Under the pieces are notes generated by a model that was given only the letters and a program-made list of their open reading frames with translations, was not told the origin of the DNA and did not search any database. A program made the translations under genes and the position numbers. From the IMG/VR virus record IMGVR_UViG_3300036766_002181, positions 62,001 through 126,000 of that record: a stretch of 64,000 bases of DNA; one strand, 5' to 3'. Positions 1-9,834 of the stretch are shown in pieces; positions within the stretch are counted from its first letter, which is position 1, and each line of letters begins with the position of its first letter.

Positions 1-103
1 ATTGAATATAGTTTACAGCATCTTCTTTTGATTCATATGAAGTTGAATAAAGATCCTCGCTCTCGGTTAGCTCAATAACAACAAATTCGCCACCAACCCT
101 CAA
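1..103 (-). CDS. Partial small hypothetical protein running off the left edge (LRVGGEFVVIELTESEDLYS...)
   Basis: Open frame from TTG at 103 to the window edge, with AAGGAGG Shine-Dalgarno at 114-120 (minus strand); not in the ORF track. Confidence 0.45.
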   Translation of the reverse strand, partial: MRVGGEFVVIELTESEDLYSTSYESKEDAVNYIQ

Positions 104-105
104 AC

Positions 106-957
106 CTAACCAACCTCCTTTGCATCACCAAAATTTATCATATGCCTTACATCATATCCTCTCTCTGCGACAGAAGCCACATATTGTTGAGATATTTTGT
201 CTAAAATATTATATCTCAGTTCAATCATTGTTCTTTCAATGGGCTGAACACCATCTCCCCTGGTACTTAAGCCTTTTTGTTCATCAAGATAATATCCTAA
301 AATTCCTGGGACCATTCCTATTTTATAGTTTTTTGCAAGTCTAATGGCAAAATCAAAGTCTGCTCCTGATTTTAGTTGCTCATCAAAATAACCAATTTTA
401 TTAATTACTTCTTTTTTAAACATAAAAAATGGACCAAGATGCATTCCTCTTTCAAGCTCTTTTGGATTTTCAATTGTAAAAGAATGGTCTACAAGCTTGC
501 CGGTTTTCAATCCTGGCTTATTCACGATAACAAAATTTCCATGAACCACATCATAATCCCTTTTATTAAACAAAAATTCTATTTGTTTAAAAATGCTATC
601 AGGGGTTCTTAAATCATCCACATTCCAAATAGCCAAATATTCGCCTGAAGCCTCTTGAATACACCTATTCATAGAAACCCCAATTGGGTCCACAGGAGAT
701 GCTATAATATGTCTGATTCTATTTGGATATTTTTCTTGAAATTCTTTAACCAACAAAATTTCTTCTTCAGAGGGTTCATTGTGATCAAGAACGACTTCTA
801 GGTATTCGAAACAATGTTGCCTTGGAAGCTCTTCTAAGAAGAGCTTAAGATAATTCTTCATTTTATAACAGGGCGTAATTGTGCTTACTTTTATTCCCCT
901 GTTATCATCTATTAAAACTTGTGTCATAATATGATAAGGCCTCCTTAACTCCAACAT
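106..957 (-). CDS. Glycosyltransferase family 2
   Basis: GT-A motifs: EVVLDHNEPS, SMNRCIQEASGEYLAIWNVDD (DxD-like), DFDFAIRL; true start may be the downstream MKNYLK. Confidence 0.88.
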   Translation of the reverse strand: MLELRRPYHIMTQVLIDDNRGIKVSTITPCYKMKNYLKLFLEELPRQHCFEYLEVVLDHNEPSEEEILLVKEFQEKYPNRIRHIIASPVDPIGVSMNRCIQEASGEYLAIWNVDDLRTPDSIFKQIEFLFNKRDYDVVHGNFVIVNKPGLKTGKLVDHSFTIENPKELERGMHLGPFFMFKKEVINKIGYFDEQLKSGADFDFAIRLAKNYKIGMVPGILGYYLDEQKGLSTRGDGVQPIERTMIELRYNILDKISQQYVASVAERGYDVRHMINFGDAKEVG

Positions 958-1813
958 CTAAAGATATGGTTGGTTTCCAGTCTGTAAAGGCCTTAAGGGC
1001 AAACCCCGGCTCTATCTTGGCATCCTTTTGAACTCTGTCTTTCTTTTGTGCAAATATCAGCTTGCACTTTGTTGCCTTTTCAAACATTTTAGCAAGGTCT
1101 TTTATTTTAACCCATTCTCCTGAAGAAATCTCAAAGGCTGATAAGTTGTTTGTTTTTAACCAGGTTTTTACATGCCTCTGCTTGTTGGCAAGTCTGATTA
1201 AGGCAGAGCAGGCATCTTTAACGTGCAAAAACTGTCTAGACTCTTCTCCGTCGGTTCTCGTTTCTATTTTGCCATTTTTTAAAGCAGAGATTGCAAAATC
1301 ATTCATAACATGATTTTTTTCTTTCTCATCAGGATGTTTATAGTTTATTCCATAAATGTTCCAAAATTGAACAGAGATCCCATCAACAGAGCCAACATAT
1401 CTTTCTCCAAGCAGTTTTAAAAGACCGTATGTTGACTTTGGAATTTTTGTCATCATGGTAGAAGTAAAAATAACAAGCTTATTTTGTTTCTTAATTTCAG
1501 CAAAAACGTTTTTCATTATTGAAATATTGTTTTCAATAAAGGCATATTCGTGTTCGTGCTTCTCAAGATAGTTTGCCCCGCCTACATCAAAGGCCAAGAA
1601 ATAAACCACGTCTGACTTTTTCATTAGACTTCGTAGAAGTTTTTTTGATGATTCCTTGGAAAGGTCTTGCCTAGTTTTATTATTTCTAATATCAAACTCA
1701 TGTACATTAAAGCCTTTTAGCCCAAGTTCCTGAACCAGATGTGAGCCAATTAGACCTTCGGAACCCAGGACAAGGGCAGAAGGTTTTTTTACTTTGTTTC
1801 TTTTGTGCTTCAT
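905..1813 (-). CDS. NAD-dependent epimerase/dehydratase (extended SDR)
   Basis: Rossmann GSEGLIG, YGLLK (YxxxK), NIYG, DGEESRQFLHVKD. Confidence 0.9.
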   Translation of the reverse strand: MKHKRNKVKKPSALVLGSEGLIGSHLVQELGLKGFNVHEFDIRNNKTRQDLSKESSKKLLRSLMKKSDVVYFLAFDVGGANYLEKHEHEYAFIENNISIMKNVFAEIKKQNKLVIFTSTMMTKIPKSTYGLLKLLGERYVGSVDGISVQFWNIYGINYKHPDEKEKNHVMNDFAISALKNGKIETRTDGEESRQFLHVKDACSALIRLANKQRHVKTWLKTNNLSAFEISSGEWVKIKDLAKMFEKATKCKLIFAQKKDRVQKDAKIEPGFALKAFTDWKPTISLDVGVKEALSYYDTSFNR

Positions 1814-2697
1814 GACTCTTTTGACAAGATGTTAAGGTAATTTTCAGCGCCCTGTTTTAGGGTATGATTCTTTAAAATATAGTCTCTTGGAGAATATGTT
1901 TTTAAATTTGATAAAAAGAAGTCAAATTTTTCTTGCCGAAAAGAGGAGCGAATTGGTTCTTCGTCAAAAACATAGCCACAAAATTTATCGTCAAAATAGG
2001 GAACAGAGGTTGCTGCGGCCGTAAAAGAAGAATCTCGCTCATATGTCCATAAGGCTTTATCAAATACAAAACAAGGAACATCCATACTTTGAATATTCAT
2101 GTTGGCAATTCCCTGGCTTTCTGTGTTTGTAAACAAGATGGCAAACTTGGATCTATTGCAAAGGGAGAGCAGTTGATCCTCCTGATAATAACCGTACTCT
2201 ATTATCTCATATTCTAAAGCCCTTTTTTGAAGAGCCGCCTCTATTTTGTCTAAACCAAGTTTATCCCTATTCTTATAATAAACAAAGCAGTCTAAATCTT
2301 TTTCTATATTTGGATTTGGCTTCCAAGCCTCTGCGTCTATTCCAACAGGCCAAACTGAAATATCTTTTCCCCTCATTCCTTGAAAGGCCAGGTATTTATT
2401 CTTTACCCACAGGCTTGGTACAATGAATCTATTAAATTTGGAACAAATAGCTTTTTCTTCAGTTGGCAAAACAAAAATATTGGGGCCAAATACTGATCTG
2501 TCCATCGGAAGGGACTCAACTACCTCGTTAGATGGTCGCTGAAGACAGCCAAACACGTCTGCCTCTCTTGGGTTGTCCACGATCTTAATGTTGTCTCTGC
2601 CTTCCTTTAAGACCAACTGAAGGCCCTTAACGAGGTTCTCTGCTACTTTGCCCGGTCCAAACTTTTGATTAGGATTGTAATAAAGATATATTTTCAT
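1810..2697 (-). CDS. Putative GT-B fold glycosyltransferase
   Basis: GPGKVAENLVKGL, FIVPSLWVK, VWPVGID, ESQGIA...IQSMDVP resemble GT4-type signatures; start re-set to MKIYLYY at 2697 because a separate small ORF occupies 2669-2845. Confidence 0.6.
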   Translation of the reverse strand: MKIYLYYNPNQKFGPGKVAENLVKGLQLVLKEGRDNIKIVDNPREADVFGCLQRPSNEVVESLPMDRSVFGPNIFVLPTEEKAICSKFNRFIVPSLWVKNKYLAFQGMRGKDISVWPVGIDAEAWKPNPNIEKDLDCFVYYKNRDKLGLDKIEAALQKRALEYEIIEYGYYQEDQLLSLCNRSKFAILFTNTESQGIANMNIQSMDVPCFVFDKALWTYERDSSFTAAATSVPYFDDKFCGYVFDEEPIRSSFRQEKFDFFLSNLKTYSPRDYILKNHTLKQGAENYLNILSKES

Positions 2698-2845
2698 TAT
2701 TATTTTCTTCGGCCAAGCGTTCCTGTTCGGCTCGTCTAGAATCAAATCCACAAACATCACAAATCTCACCGTTGCTTGGGCCGCCATTACCAAGTGTAAT
2801 TTCGCACTTATCACACCATCCAATCTGTCTCCAGTTAGTAGACAC
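2669..2845 (-). CDS. Small zinc-ribbon protein (58 aa), missed by the ORF track
   Basis: GTG start, MSTNWRQIGWCDKCEITLGNGGPSNGEICDVCGFDSRR..., two CxxC pairs. Confidence 0.55.
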   Translation of the reverse strand: MSTNWRQIGWCDKCEITLGNGGPSNGEICDVCGFDSRRAEQERLAEENNNENISLLQS

Positions 2846-2869
2846 TTACTTCTCTTTTAGTCTGGCGTA

Positions 2870-3382
2870 TCATTTTCTAACAAAAAATCTTTCTTCAGAG
2901 TTTTCTCCTGCAAAAGAATCTAAAGAAAAACCCCTGTTTCCAAGATATGCCTCAAGTGCAAGGTTTGCTGTCTCATCTTCATCTTTTTTGCTAATAATAA
3001 CATATTTGAAATAACCCAACATTTCTTCTAGGCCTGTAAGAACTTCTGTTTGATTGTTTTTGCAGGCCAGGTGAAGAAGTTCGTTTGTTTCTACATTAAT
3101 TGAAGCAGCATGTTCTCTCCAGAGATCTTTAAAGGTTTTTGTTTTGGCACGTATATCTGTTTTATTCGACAGATTTTCAATAAGAATCTTTTGAATCATG
3201 CCAAAATTTCTTGTTCCAAGATATAAGTCTGAATAAAGCCCCATTTTCTTTTCAACCCAAAGAACCTGGTGAACGCCAAGCCTGTGATAATACCTGGCAT
3301 ATTCTCCCTTTCCTGCGCCAACATGAACAACTCCATTAATCTTGTATGGAGCCAGATTTAACAATAAATTTTTATCAGTCAT
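2870..3382 (-). CDS. FkbM-like methyltransferase, degenerate
   Basis: N-terminal GVVHVGAGKGE...VLWVE matches FkbM motif I; C-terminal half is short and diverged. Confidence 0.55.
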   Translation of the reverse strand: MTDKNLLLNLAPYKINGVVHVGAGKGEYARYYHRLGVHQVLWVEKKMGLYSDLYLGTRNFGMIQKILIENLSNKTDIRAKTKTFKDLWREHAASINVETNELLHLACKNNQTEVLTGLEEMLGYFKYVIISKKDEDETANLALEAYLGNRGFSLDSFAGENSEERFFVRK

Positions 3383-3414
3383 AATGCCTCTTCAGTATAT
3401 TTTAATGCAAATTA

Positions 3415-4287
3415 TCAAAATTGCATATTTTCTAATTGCAACACAATTGGGCAATGAACAGAAATGTTCTCTTGCGCAAGCCTCGTTGTGTTTCCTAGCG
3501 AAATTCTTTTATTGTGATTTACAAACAAATCATTCAATTGATGTATGTCTGAAGTTTCTTCAAAACGATTATTAAATAAAACCTGAACTCGATTTGTTGG
3601 TATGTTGATTAGTTTACTTTCGCCCTCATAACAGGACATATAACCATAAAGCTTTCCCAGGGAAGCCTTCTTTGCATTTAAATGAACTTCAAACATGTTT
3701 GGATTTTGAAATGCTGGCAAACAAGAAATTATTGATTTTATAAAATCGGTATTATAGATATTACCATCCAAGGAAAATGGATAGCCCCAATCTCCTTCGC
3801 AACCTTGCCATTTCCATGTCAAATATTCCTGGTTGTCTCTCGGTGAAAGATCTGTTGGGAGCTTTGTGTCCGTGCTTAAGGCATAGCACTTTGTTATGCC
3901 TTTATATAGTCTCAAAGAAGCGGCCAACATGTGTATATTTTTATTAAGGGCCCTTTCAAATATAGAATCCTTTAATGAAAATTTTGATTTAAAAATAATA
4001 TCGTCAACAAGAAACATTGTGTATGGATTGGCGTCCAGAATAGAAGCTATGGTTGGCTGATTAAGAGGTAGGCCTGTCGCTCCTTGATTTATAAAGTTAA
4101 ATTCAGGATGAAGCTTCTTTACCTTTTCATAGCCCATTTGAAAATCTTTTTCAGAGGCCCTATAAATAACAGACAGGGACATTCCAGGAAGTTCTTTAAG
4201 ATCAATAAAATTCTCCTTAAAGGAACGCAGACATGCCTCAAGCTGCATTGGGCGGTTAAAGGAATAAGCTACTACATTAAGCGTCAT
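3415..4287 (-). CDS. Putative glycosyltransferase (GT-A-like)
   Basis: SFNRPMQLEACLRSF, FLVDDIIF, WGYPFSLDGNIY; lies inside a glycosyltransferase cluster. Confidence 0.55.
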   Translation of the reverse strand: MTLNVVAYSFNRPMQLEACLRSFKENFIDLKELPGMSLSVIYRASEKDFQMGYEKVKKLHPEFNFINQGATGLPLNQPTIASILDANPYTMFLVDDIIFKSKFSLKDSIFERALNKNIHMLAASLRLYKGITKCYALSTDTKLPTDLSPRDNQEYLTWKWQGCEGDWGYPFSLDGNIYNTDFIKSIISCLPAFQNPNMFEVHLNAKKASLGKLYGYMSCYEGESKLINIPTNRVQVLFNNRFEETSDIHQLNDLFVNHNKRISLGNTTRLAQENISVHCPIVLQLENMQF

Positions 4288-4568
4288 TGTGAAATTTTTA
4301 TAAACGTTGTTTTTAAACGATCATAATCAACAACAATTTCTCTGGATATTTTATCAGGCCTTGTCCATGGATCATTTAGGTATCCTGTCAAGAAAAGAAA
4401 AATTCCTATATTTTCGTCATAACTTTCTTTGCCATAAAGATATGGTCTTTCTTCTATGATTTCTTTGACATAAACTATTAATGGTTTATTCTCGGAGAGG
4501 TTATAGGTTTGCCACCTATAAAGTTCTCCGGGGACAAGATGATGATGATTGCTTTTTTCTTTTATCAC
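4284..4568 (-). CDS. Small PGxLY-family protein (SH3/KOW-like barrel inferred)
   Basis: LVPGELYRW motif; ATGA coupling to neighbours. Confidence 0.6.
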   Translation of the reverse strand: MIKEKSNHHHLVPGELYRWQTYNLSENKPLIVYVKEIIEERPYLYGKESYDENIGIFLFLTGYLNDPWTRPDKISREIVVDYDRLKTTFIKISQ

Positions 4569-4954
4569 TTTTTTACAAGCTTATATACCGGAGATTCCCG
4601 TATCCAGTGAATTCCGCCAACAATCTTATCAGTATTTATTTGTTTCATTTCTATATTATATTTTTCTACATCAATATCCTGCCCAAAGTATTTTGTCATA
4701 TTTTGTGGTTCCTTGTCTTTTGTAAGGACTATAACCACATTGTCTATCTTATATGGAGTTAAGATTTGTGTGGTATGTTCAGGTGCAAAAACCATATACC
4801 ATTGCATAAGCAGCAAAAACAATGTGCCAGAAATGCAAAAAAATGGTACAGCTTCGCTTTTTGGGCTAAATTTATCTGCCGCATATATTACAAGAGATAC
4901 AAAACCTATTATTCCTGTGATCGTTAAAAGTGTAAGAATTCCTGCTTCTGGCAT
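4565..4954 (-). CDS. Membrane protein, two predicted TM segments
   Basis: Hydrophobic stretches ILTLLTITGIIGFVSLVIYA and VPFFCISGTLFLLLMQWYMVFA. Confidence 0.6.
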   Translation of the reverse strand: MPEAGILTLLTITGIIGFVSLVIYAADKFSPKSEAVPFFCISGTLFLLLMQWYMVFAPEHTTQILTPYKIDNVVIVLTKDKEPQNMTKYFGQDIDVEKYNIEMKQINTDKIVGGIHWIRESPVYKLVKK

Positions 4955-4955
4955 A

Positions 4956-5330
4956 TTAGTTTCTCCTATTTTCTATTCTTTCAAATGGAAGCTTATCATT
5001 GTCGTCATAAAGACTATACGTTATTAACTTATTATTTATCAAAAAAGTTAAAACCATTTTTATTGAAATTGTGCTGTCTTGGCGTGGAAATAAAAAATTT
5101 TCAGATGAAGTTCGGCCAACAAACATTGTCGCTATCGTATATTTTTGTAGATTGCCTATGCCCGTGTATCGATAAAGTTCTCCTGGTATTAATAAATTAT
5201 CGACCCTCTGCTCAAGCAACTTCCTTTTGTTTTTTAATTTATTCTTCCACTGCCGCTTTTTTGCGACATAAATCAAACATGGAAAAGCAAGCGAGAACAA
5301 CACCCATAATGTCAACATTATAGGACTCAT
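4956..5330 (-). CDS. PGxLY-family protein with N-terminal TM anchor
   Basis: TM helix, basic coiled segment, then LIPGELYRY...TMFVG...FLINNKLI. Confidence 0.6.
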   Translation of the reverse strand: MSPIMLTLWVLFSLAFPCLIYVAKKRQWKNKLKNKRKLLEQRVDNLLIPGELYRYTGIGNLQKYTIATMFVGRTSSENFLFPRQDSTISIKMVLTFLINNKLITYSLYDDNDKLPFERIENRRN

Positions 5331-5713
5331 ATCTCGGCAGAGCCTTCTTCTTCTTCTTCTTCATAGCTTTTTATAAGTGCATGGTGGTCTTCGAAGAATA
5401 ATTCTTTTCTAACAATACCATCTTCATGCAGAAAAAAGGCTTCTATAAAGAGAAAATCCATATCTGGTTCGTCATGTTGGAATCTTCCGCAGCCTGGCTG
5501 TCTTTTGACAAATATCATATAATGATAATCCCGTTGAAGAATATTTCTTCTTTTGTATAATTCGCCAGGAATAAACTTTTTATCAATCCTATTTTCTAGA
5601 GCCAGCATTTTTGTTTTTAACTTTCTAAATTTTAAGAATTCAATAATTTTAATTGTTAAAGAAAAGCCAAGCAGGCCAAACAAAATTTGGTACAAGAAGA
5701 TTGCAGCCATCAC
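5327..5713 (-). CDS. PGxLY-family protein with N-terminal TM anchor
   Basis: TM helix, then LENRIDKKFIPGELYKR...MIFVK; paralogous to 4956-5330 (LEQRVDNLLIPGELY). Confidence 0.6.
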   Translation of the reverse strand: MMAAIFLYQILFGLLGFSLTIKIIEFLKFRKLKTKMLALENRIDKKFIPGELYKRRNILQRDYHYMIFVKRQPGCGRFQHDEPDMDFLFIEAFFLHEDGIVRKELFFEDHHALIKSYEEEEEEGSAEI

Positions 5714-6462
5714 TTGGCCTCTAACCAGGCACCATTTGTACTTGTATTTCTTCTATAAAAATAAAGCGGTTCTTTAAGCACAGATGTTTTCTGAAGCAAT
5801 AAAGTTAAGGAAGTATTATGAGCAGAATCTTCTGCTTTTTGGCTTCGCAAACCCATATTTCCGGGCATAAATTTTAACCCAAAATTCCAAAACTGTTTAT
5901 AAAATAGGGTGCTTGCTCCATGAACCTCATAGTTCTGACCAACATAATAATGATTTATTCCAGGAGTTTTGAATCCCTTATAAACCTGCCCAAGCACTTC
6001 TTCATGACCCATAACATCCTTGTCCTGTACGGGCCCAGAAGGCGTCCATAGAGAAGCCTTGTCAATGTCTTGTTGGCTATGGCAATGTACAAAACCACAG
6101 AGGTTATGATATGAGCCATTATCCTTCAAAACTTTTAGTTGTCTTTCTAATCTATATATACTGGATACATCGTCGGCATCAGCGACCGCTATCAAATCTG
6201 CTCTTGCCTTTTCTATGCCTGAGTTTAGGGCAAACCATTTTCCTCTGTTTTCCTTTAAAAGAATTGGTTGAGCTATTCTTGCATCTGCGCCAGAAATATT
6301 GTTAATAATCTCTGGGCTGTCATCAGTCGAGCAATCGTCAACAATGATTATTTCTATATTCTGAAGGGTCTGTTTTAAAATCGAATCAACGGCCTGTGTA
6401 ATATATTGAGCATGATTAAGGTTGGGTATAATAATGCTTATTTCAGGTTTCATAATGGTCAA
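5710..6462 (-). CDS. Glycosyltransferase family 2
   Basis: ISIIIPNLN, EIIIVDDCSTD, ALNSGIEKARADLIAVADADD, LYFYRR. Confidence 0.92.
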   Translation of the reverse strand: MTIMKPEISIIIPNLNHAQYITQAVDSILKQTLQNIEIIIVDDCSTDDSPEIINNISGADARIAQPILLKENRGKWFALNSGIEKARADLIAVADADDVSSIYRLERQLKVLKDNGSYHNLCGFVHCHSQQDIDKASLWTPSGPVQDKDVMGHEEVLGQVYKGFKTPGINHYYVGQNYEVHGASTLFYKQFWNFGLKFMPGNMGLRSQKAEDSAHNTSLTLLLQKTSVLKEPLYFYRRNTSTNGAWLEAK

Positions 6463-7104
6463 ACATTAGAATATCTAATTTTGGTATCCTTGTCAATGAA
6501 ATTTAAAACAAAAAAGAAGACTTTAAAATATGCGATAATCATATTTCTTTGTTTAAGCGCCATTATTCATTTTTGTATATTCTATTTTAAGATAATGCCA
6601 AAAGCAAACAATCAAAACAACAATATAACCATTTCTATTGAAGAAGAAAAAGAAACAGAAAAGCCATTAACGCCACAGATGCGGCCAAATATTAAGGTTC
6701 TTCCCAATCTGGTCGTTAAAGAAGAAAAACCTTTGCCCTCGCCAACTAAAACAGAAAAGATAACAAGGGGAGATACAGAAAAAAGGAAGACCACAAAGAA
6801 GAAAACAATGCCAATGCAAAAGCATGAGGCAATAGATACGGACAAGGTTTGTCCCTATAACTGGTATGGCGGAATAGGAATTGCAAAGCTTATCGGTCCT
6901 GATGGCTATACTTCGACCATAACAAGCATATTTGAAGGCTATGCTGCCGACAGAAGCGGCCTAAGAATTGGTGATATAATTCGCTATTATGATGATAGCG
7001 ACATTCGTGGAACTCCTGGCACTCCGCTTACTTTAACCATTGAAAGAAATGGCGGAATATTTAAGATAACCCTAATCAGGGTAAGGGTTTGTTATACCTT
7101 GTAA
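6406..7104 (+). CDS. Membrane-anchored PDZ-domain protein
   Basis: TM helix, Pro/Lys-rich linker, C-terminal YGGIGI...SIFEGYAADRSGLRIGDII...IRGTPGTPLTLTIERNG as in the Prc/CtpA PDZ; likely start MKFKTKK. Confidence 0.8.
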   Translation: MSMIKVGYNNAYFRFHNGQTLEYLILVSLSMKFKTKKKTLKYAIIIFLCLSAIIHFCIFYFKIMPKANNQNNNITISIEEEKETEKPLTPQMRPNIKVLPNLVVKEEKPLPSPTKTEKITRGDTEKRKTTKKKTMPMQKHEAIDTDKVCPYNWYGGIGIAKLIGPDGYTSTITSIFEGYAADRSGLRIGDIIRYYDDSDIRGTPGTPLTLTIERNGGIFKITLIRVRVCYTL

Positions 7105-7498
7105 AATGCCGCAGAGAACAGGCCTTGCATAACGTTCTTTGCCAGCCTGTCTTTATTTTATCTACAGCGGCTACTTGACCACAATCTTCGCAAATATATT
7201 GAGAAACATATTCGTGCATGTTGATTAGGTCTTCGACATACCCGTCGCCATAACTGTCAACATAGACTCTCAAGTGAGCAAATTTTTCTTTTATTTGAGA
7301 AAAGCGAACAGGAAACTCTGGCCTTGTTTTTTGTTGATACTCTGTTATTAGCCAGCAAAGACTTTCTAGCAGGTCATACCATCCGTCGCCTACCTCTGGT
7401 ATTGTTGTCATAGTAAAGGAAGAAATCTTTTTATCGGGTTTAAGAATAAAAAGATCAGGATATTGATCAATAAGCTTATTTGCCAGGTTTGAGTTCAT
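7076..7498 (-). CDS. Conserved phage hypothetical protein with C-terminal zinc ribbon
   Basis: GDGWYDLL, QIKEKFAHLRVY, ICEDCG...GWQRTLCKAC, a pattern I recognise from widespread phage proteins. Confidence 0.7.
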   Translation of the reverse strand: MNSNLANKLIDQYPDLFILKPDKKISSFTMTTIPEVGDGWYDLLESLCWLITEYQQKTRPEFPVRFSQIKEKFAHLRVYVDSYGDGYVEDLINMHEYVSQYICEDCGQVAAVDKIKTGWQRTLCKACSLRHFTRYNKPLP

Positions 7499-7745
7499 TT
7501 GCCTTTGCTATCTCTTCTGTTGATGATAAGAAAAAATCTTCTTCAATTCTTTTCTTTGCCAATTCTCTTAATTCTTGAATTCCTTGGTTGGTCTGACTCC
7601 AATCCAACATTCCCTTTGTTTCTTCTGCCATGGCCTCAAGGGTTGAAACCAGATATTTCTCTATATCCACAAGGCTTAATACTCTTGCATTTCTTAGGTT
7701 TGCCTTAAACCGAATTTCTTTTTCTTGTTGATCAAAGTCTATCAT
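7476..7745 (-). CDS. Hypothetical helical protein
   Basis: 89-aa ORF in the co-directional gene array. Confidence 0.55.
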   Translation of the reverse strand: MIDFDQQEKEIRFKANLRNARVLSLVDIEKYLVSTLEAMAEETKGMLDWSQTNQGIQELRELAKKRIEEDFFLSSTEEIAKANELKPGK

Positions 7746-7748
7746 AGA

Positions 7749-8747
7749 TTATTCCTTGTGTTTGTCGCACCAAGCTCTTGCCACTTCTGGAACTGGTCTG
7801 TTAATTGTAACTGCATTTTTTATGGTTTTGCCGTCATAAGCCGCATGAAAAATGTGGCCATTGGAAGCCTCTAGCCTTTTTGCCTCTTCCCTCATCTCTT
7901 GGTCTGTTACTTGATTCCACGGCTTGCTAAAAAATGGATAGCCGTCAGGGTGCGTATCTCCATATAGACTATCCCAAGATTTACTCCAAAATTTTTGAAA
8001 TTTCTTCATCTTCTCATAAATGCTCCACCAGGAAAGATGATAAATGGTTGGTAACTTGTTTATAACGCCATTTAACCATTGTTCATATTCTTTGGCATAA
8101 GAGATATCCGTCGTCGCCCTTTGCCGAAGCTGTTCAGTCTCTGGTTTCATAAAATTAACAAATGAAATCATTTGCCCTGTATTGCTATCAACAATCTCAC
8201 ACCCGTCACATCCATGTTTTGCATACAACAGCCCGCCTTCATATCTTCTAAGGCTTAATGGAATTCCATGTGTAATATGTGGAAGATTTTTGCTCAATCT
8301 CCATTTCCATGGATTAACATCGCAGCGAATCCTATTTGAATTATTCCATGGCTCAACGATGGGCAGGGCCATTACCGGGATGTTCTCGTCCAATTTTTTA
8401 CATAGACTTTCTATTTGCTCTCTACTAGTGGGCATTAATATCTCATCAATATCCTGGGGCCAAAGATAATCTCCCGTGCAACGAAGACGCGCCATGGCCT
8501 TCATTTTTCCATCATAAATTCCCCCATTTTGGGCTGACCAATTTGCATTGCCCCTTATGATCTTAAATTCTTTTTCACCAAATTCTTTCTTAAGTTCCTC
8601 AAGAACCTCAAGAGTGTTGTCTGTTCCGTCGCTTGTATCACAAACAACAATTTCATCAAAATAAGGAAATACAGACCTTATAGATTCCTTTATTGGGTAA
8701 TCCATAGAAACAGCATTTCGTGAGGTCGCATAGACGGAGATTTTCAT
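7749..8747 (-). CDS. Glycosyltransferase family 2
   Basis: DYPIKESIRSVFPYFDEIVVCDTSDGTDNT, GDYLWPQDIDE. Confidence 0.85.
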   Translation of the reverse strand: MKISVYATSRNAVSMDYPIKESIRSVFPYFDEIVVCDTSDGTDNTLEVLEELKKEFGEKEFKIIRGNANWSAQNGGIYDGKMKAMARLRCTGDYLWPQDIDEILMPTSREQIESLCKKLDENIPVMALPIVEPWNNSNRIRCDVNPWKWRLSKNLPHITHGIPLSLRRYEGGLLYAKHGCDGCEIVDSNTGQMISFVNFMKPETEQLRQRATTDISYAKEYEQWLNGVINKLPTIYHLSWWSIYEKMKKFQKFWSKSWDSLYGDTHPDGYPFFSKPWNQVTDQEMREEAKRLEASNGHIFHAAYDGKTIKNAVTINRPVPEVARAWCDKHKE

Positions 8748-8995
8748 TAAATTCTTTCTTTAATATAATCGACAAACCAATAATCTTGTGGTACATAGAT
8801 TATATTCTTATCGTATAAAAAGATAAGATATTCTTTATCACAAGTAAGATACATCAGTGTAGAAGTGGTCGTGATTATTGGATCTATCATTGGCTGCCAT
8901 CCTTCAGAATTGGCCTTATCAATTCTTGCTTTTGTTGTATATAAAAGGAGGTTAGATGTTTTATACAAATTTCCTGGTATAAACTTAAAAATCAT
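8747..8995 (-). CDS. Small PGxLY-family protein
   Basis: FIPGNLYK...LMYL...IFLYDKNII. Confidence 0.65.
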   Translation of the reverse strand: MIFKFIPGNLYKTSNLLLYTTKARIDKANSEGWQPMIDPIITTTSTLMYLTCDKEYLIFLYDKNIIYVPQDYWFVDYIKERI

Positions 8996-9279
8996 TTTTC
9001 TTGCATTTCATTCAAAACCATCGCATATCTTTCACTGGCCATAAACAGAAAGAAAACCAATCTGCCATTCCATAAGAAAATGGGATCAATATGGTGTTGA
9101 TCAAATGCGTGTTCCCTAACAAACATTAAACAGGTGCCGTTCTTTAAAACGGATCTTCCAGGCAGTAGTGAAGATCCTGAATTATGCCCAACATAATAAG
9201 ATTCTTCGAATGGAATTACAAAATTATTTATCTCGCCCGTGATGTGGTAACAATATAGATTCCCTGGCTTAAAAATCAT
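8992..9279 (-). CDS. Small PGxLY-family protein
   Basis: FKPGNLYC...LMFV...IFLWNGRLV. Confidence 0.65.
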   Translation of the reverse strand: MIFKPGNLYCYHITGEINNFVIPFEESYYVGHNSGSSLLPGRSVLKNGTCLMFVREHAFDQHHIDPIFLWNGRLVFFLFMASERYAMVLNEMQEK

Positions 9280-9572
9280 AAAGAAGAATCATCCTCTTGT
9301 ATTTCTTTGAATTGTGCCTGAAAGTGTGCGACTTGGGCCAGATGTAAATTTGGGAAATAAACCAACTTTCCATTGTGAATAAAAAGATACAGGGCCGGAA
9401 GGACACTTACTAGGTTTTTTTCACTAGTTATAAACATCAAAATCTCAAAGATCTTGCCCGCTTCGTTTAAACGAATATATTCGTTTTGATTCCTTGGCTC
9501 CTGAGCCTGACGAACATAATATATTTGTCCATAAAATCTGTAAAGAGATCCCGGCTTAAAAGTTAATGTCAT
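9276..9572 (-). CDS. Small PGxLY-family protein
   Basis: FKPGSLYR...LMFI...LFIHNGKLV. Confidence 0.65.
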   Translation of the reverse strand: MTLTFKPGSLYRFYGQIYYVRQAQEPRNQNEYIRLNEAGKIFEILMFITSEKNLVSVLPALYLFIHNGKLVYFPNLHLAQVAHFQAQFKEIQEDDSSL

Positions 9573-9591
9573 AATAACGGCAATAAGTTTA

Positions 9592-9834
9592 TTATGAAAT
9601 CAAAGAAAAATCAAGATAGGAAAAAGAGAAAATAGTAATAATCTCATTTTCATAAAGAAACCTAGGATAGGTTTCGTATTTGCTAACTTCTGAATTAATA
9701 TACATTAATTGTCTGTTCTCAGGAACAGGAAACCCAAGGCGTTTACGCTTTTCAGAAAAACAAAAGCGCAATATGTTTTTTGTTTCATATAATTCTCCCG
9801 GAATAAACATGTTTGAATTTGCTATATTCTCCAC
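9592..9834 (-). CDS. Small PGxLY-family protein
   Basis: FIPGELYE...LMYI...RFLYENEII. Confidence 0.65.
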   Translation of the reverse strand: MENIANSNMFIPGELYETKNILRFCFSEKRKRLGFPVPENRQLMYINSEVSKYETYPRFLYENEIITIFSFSYLDFSLIS

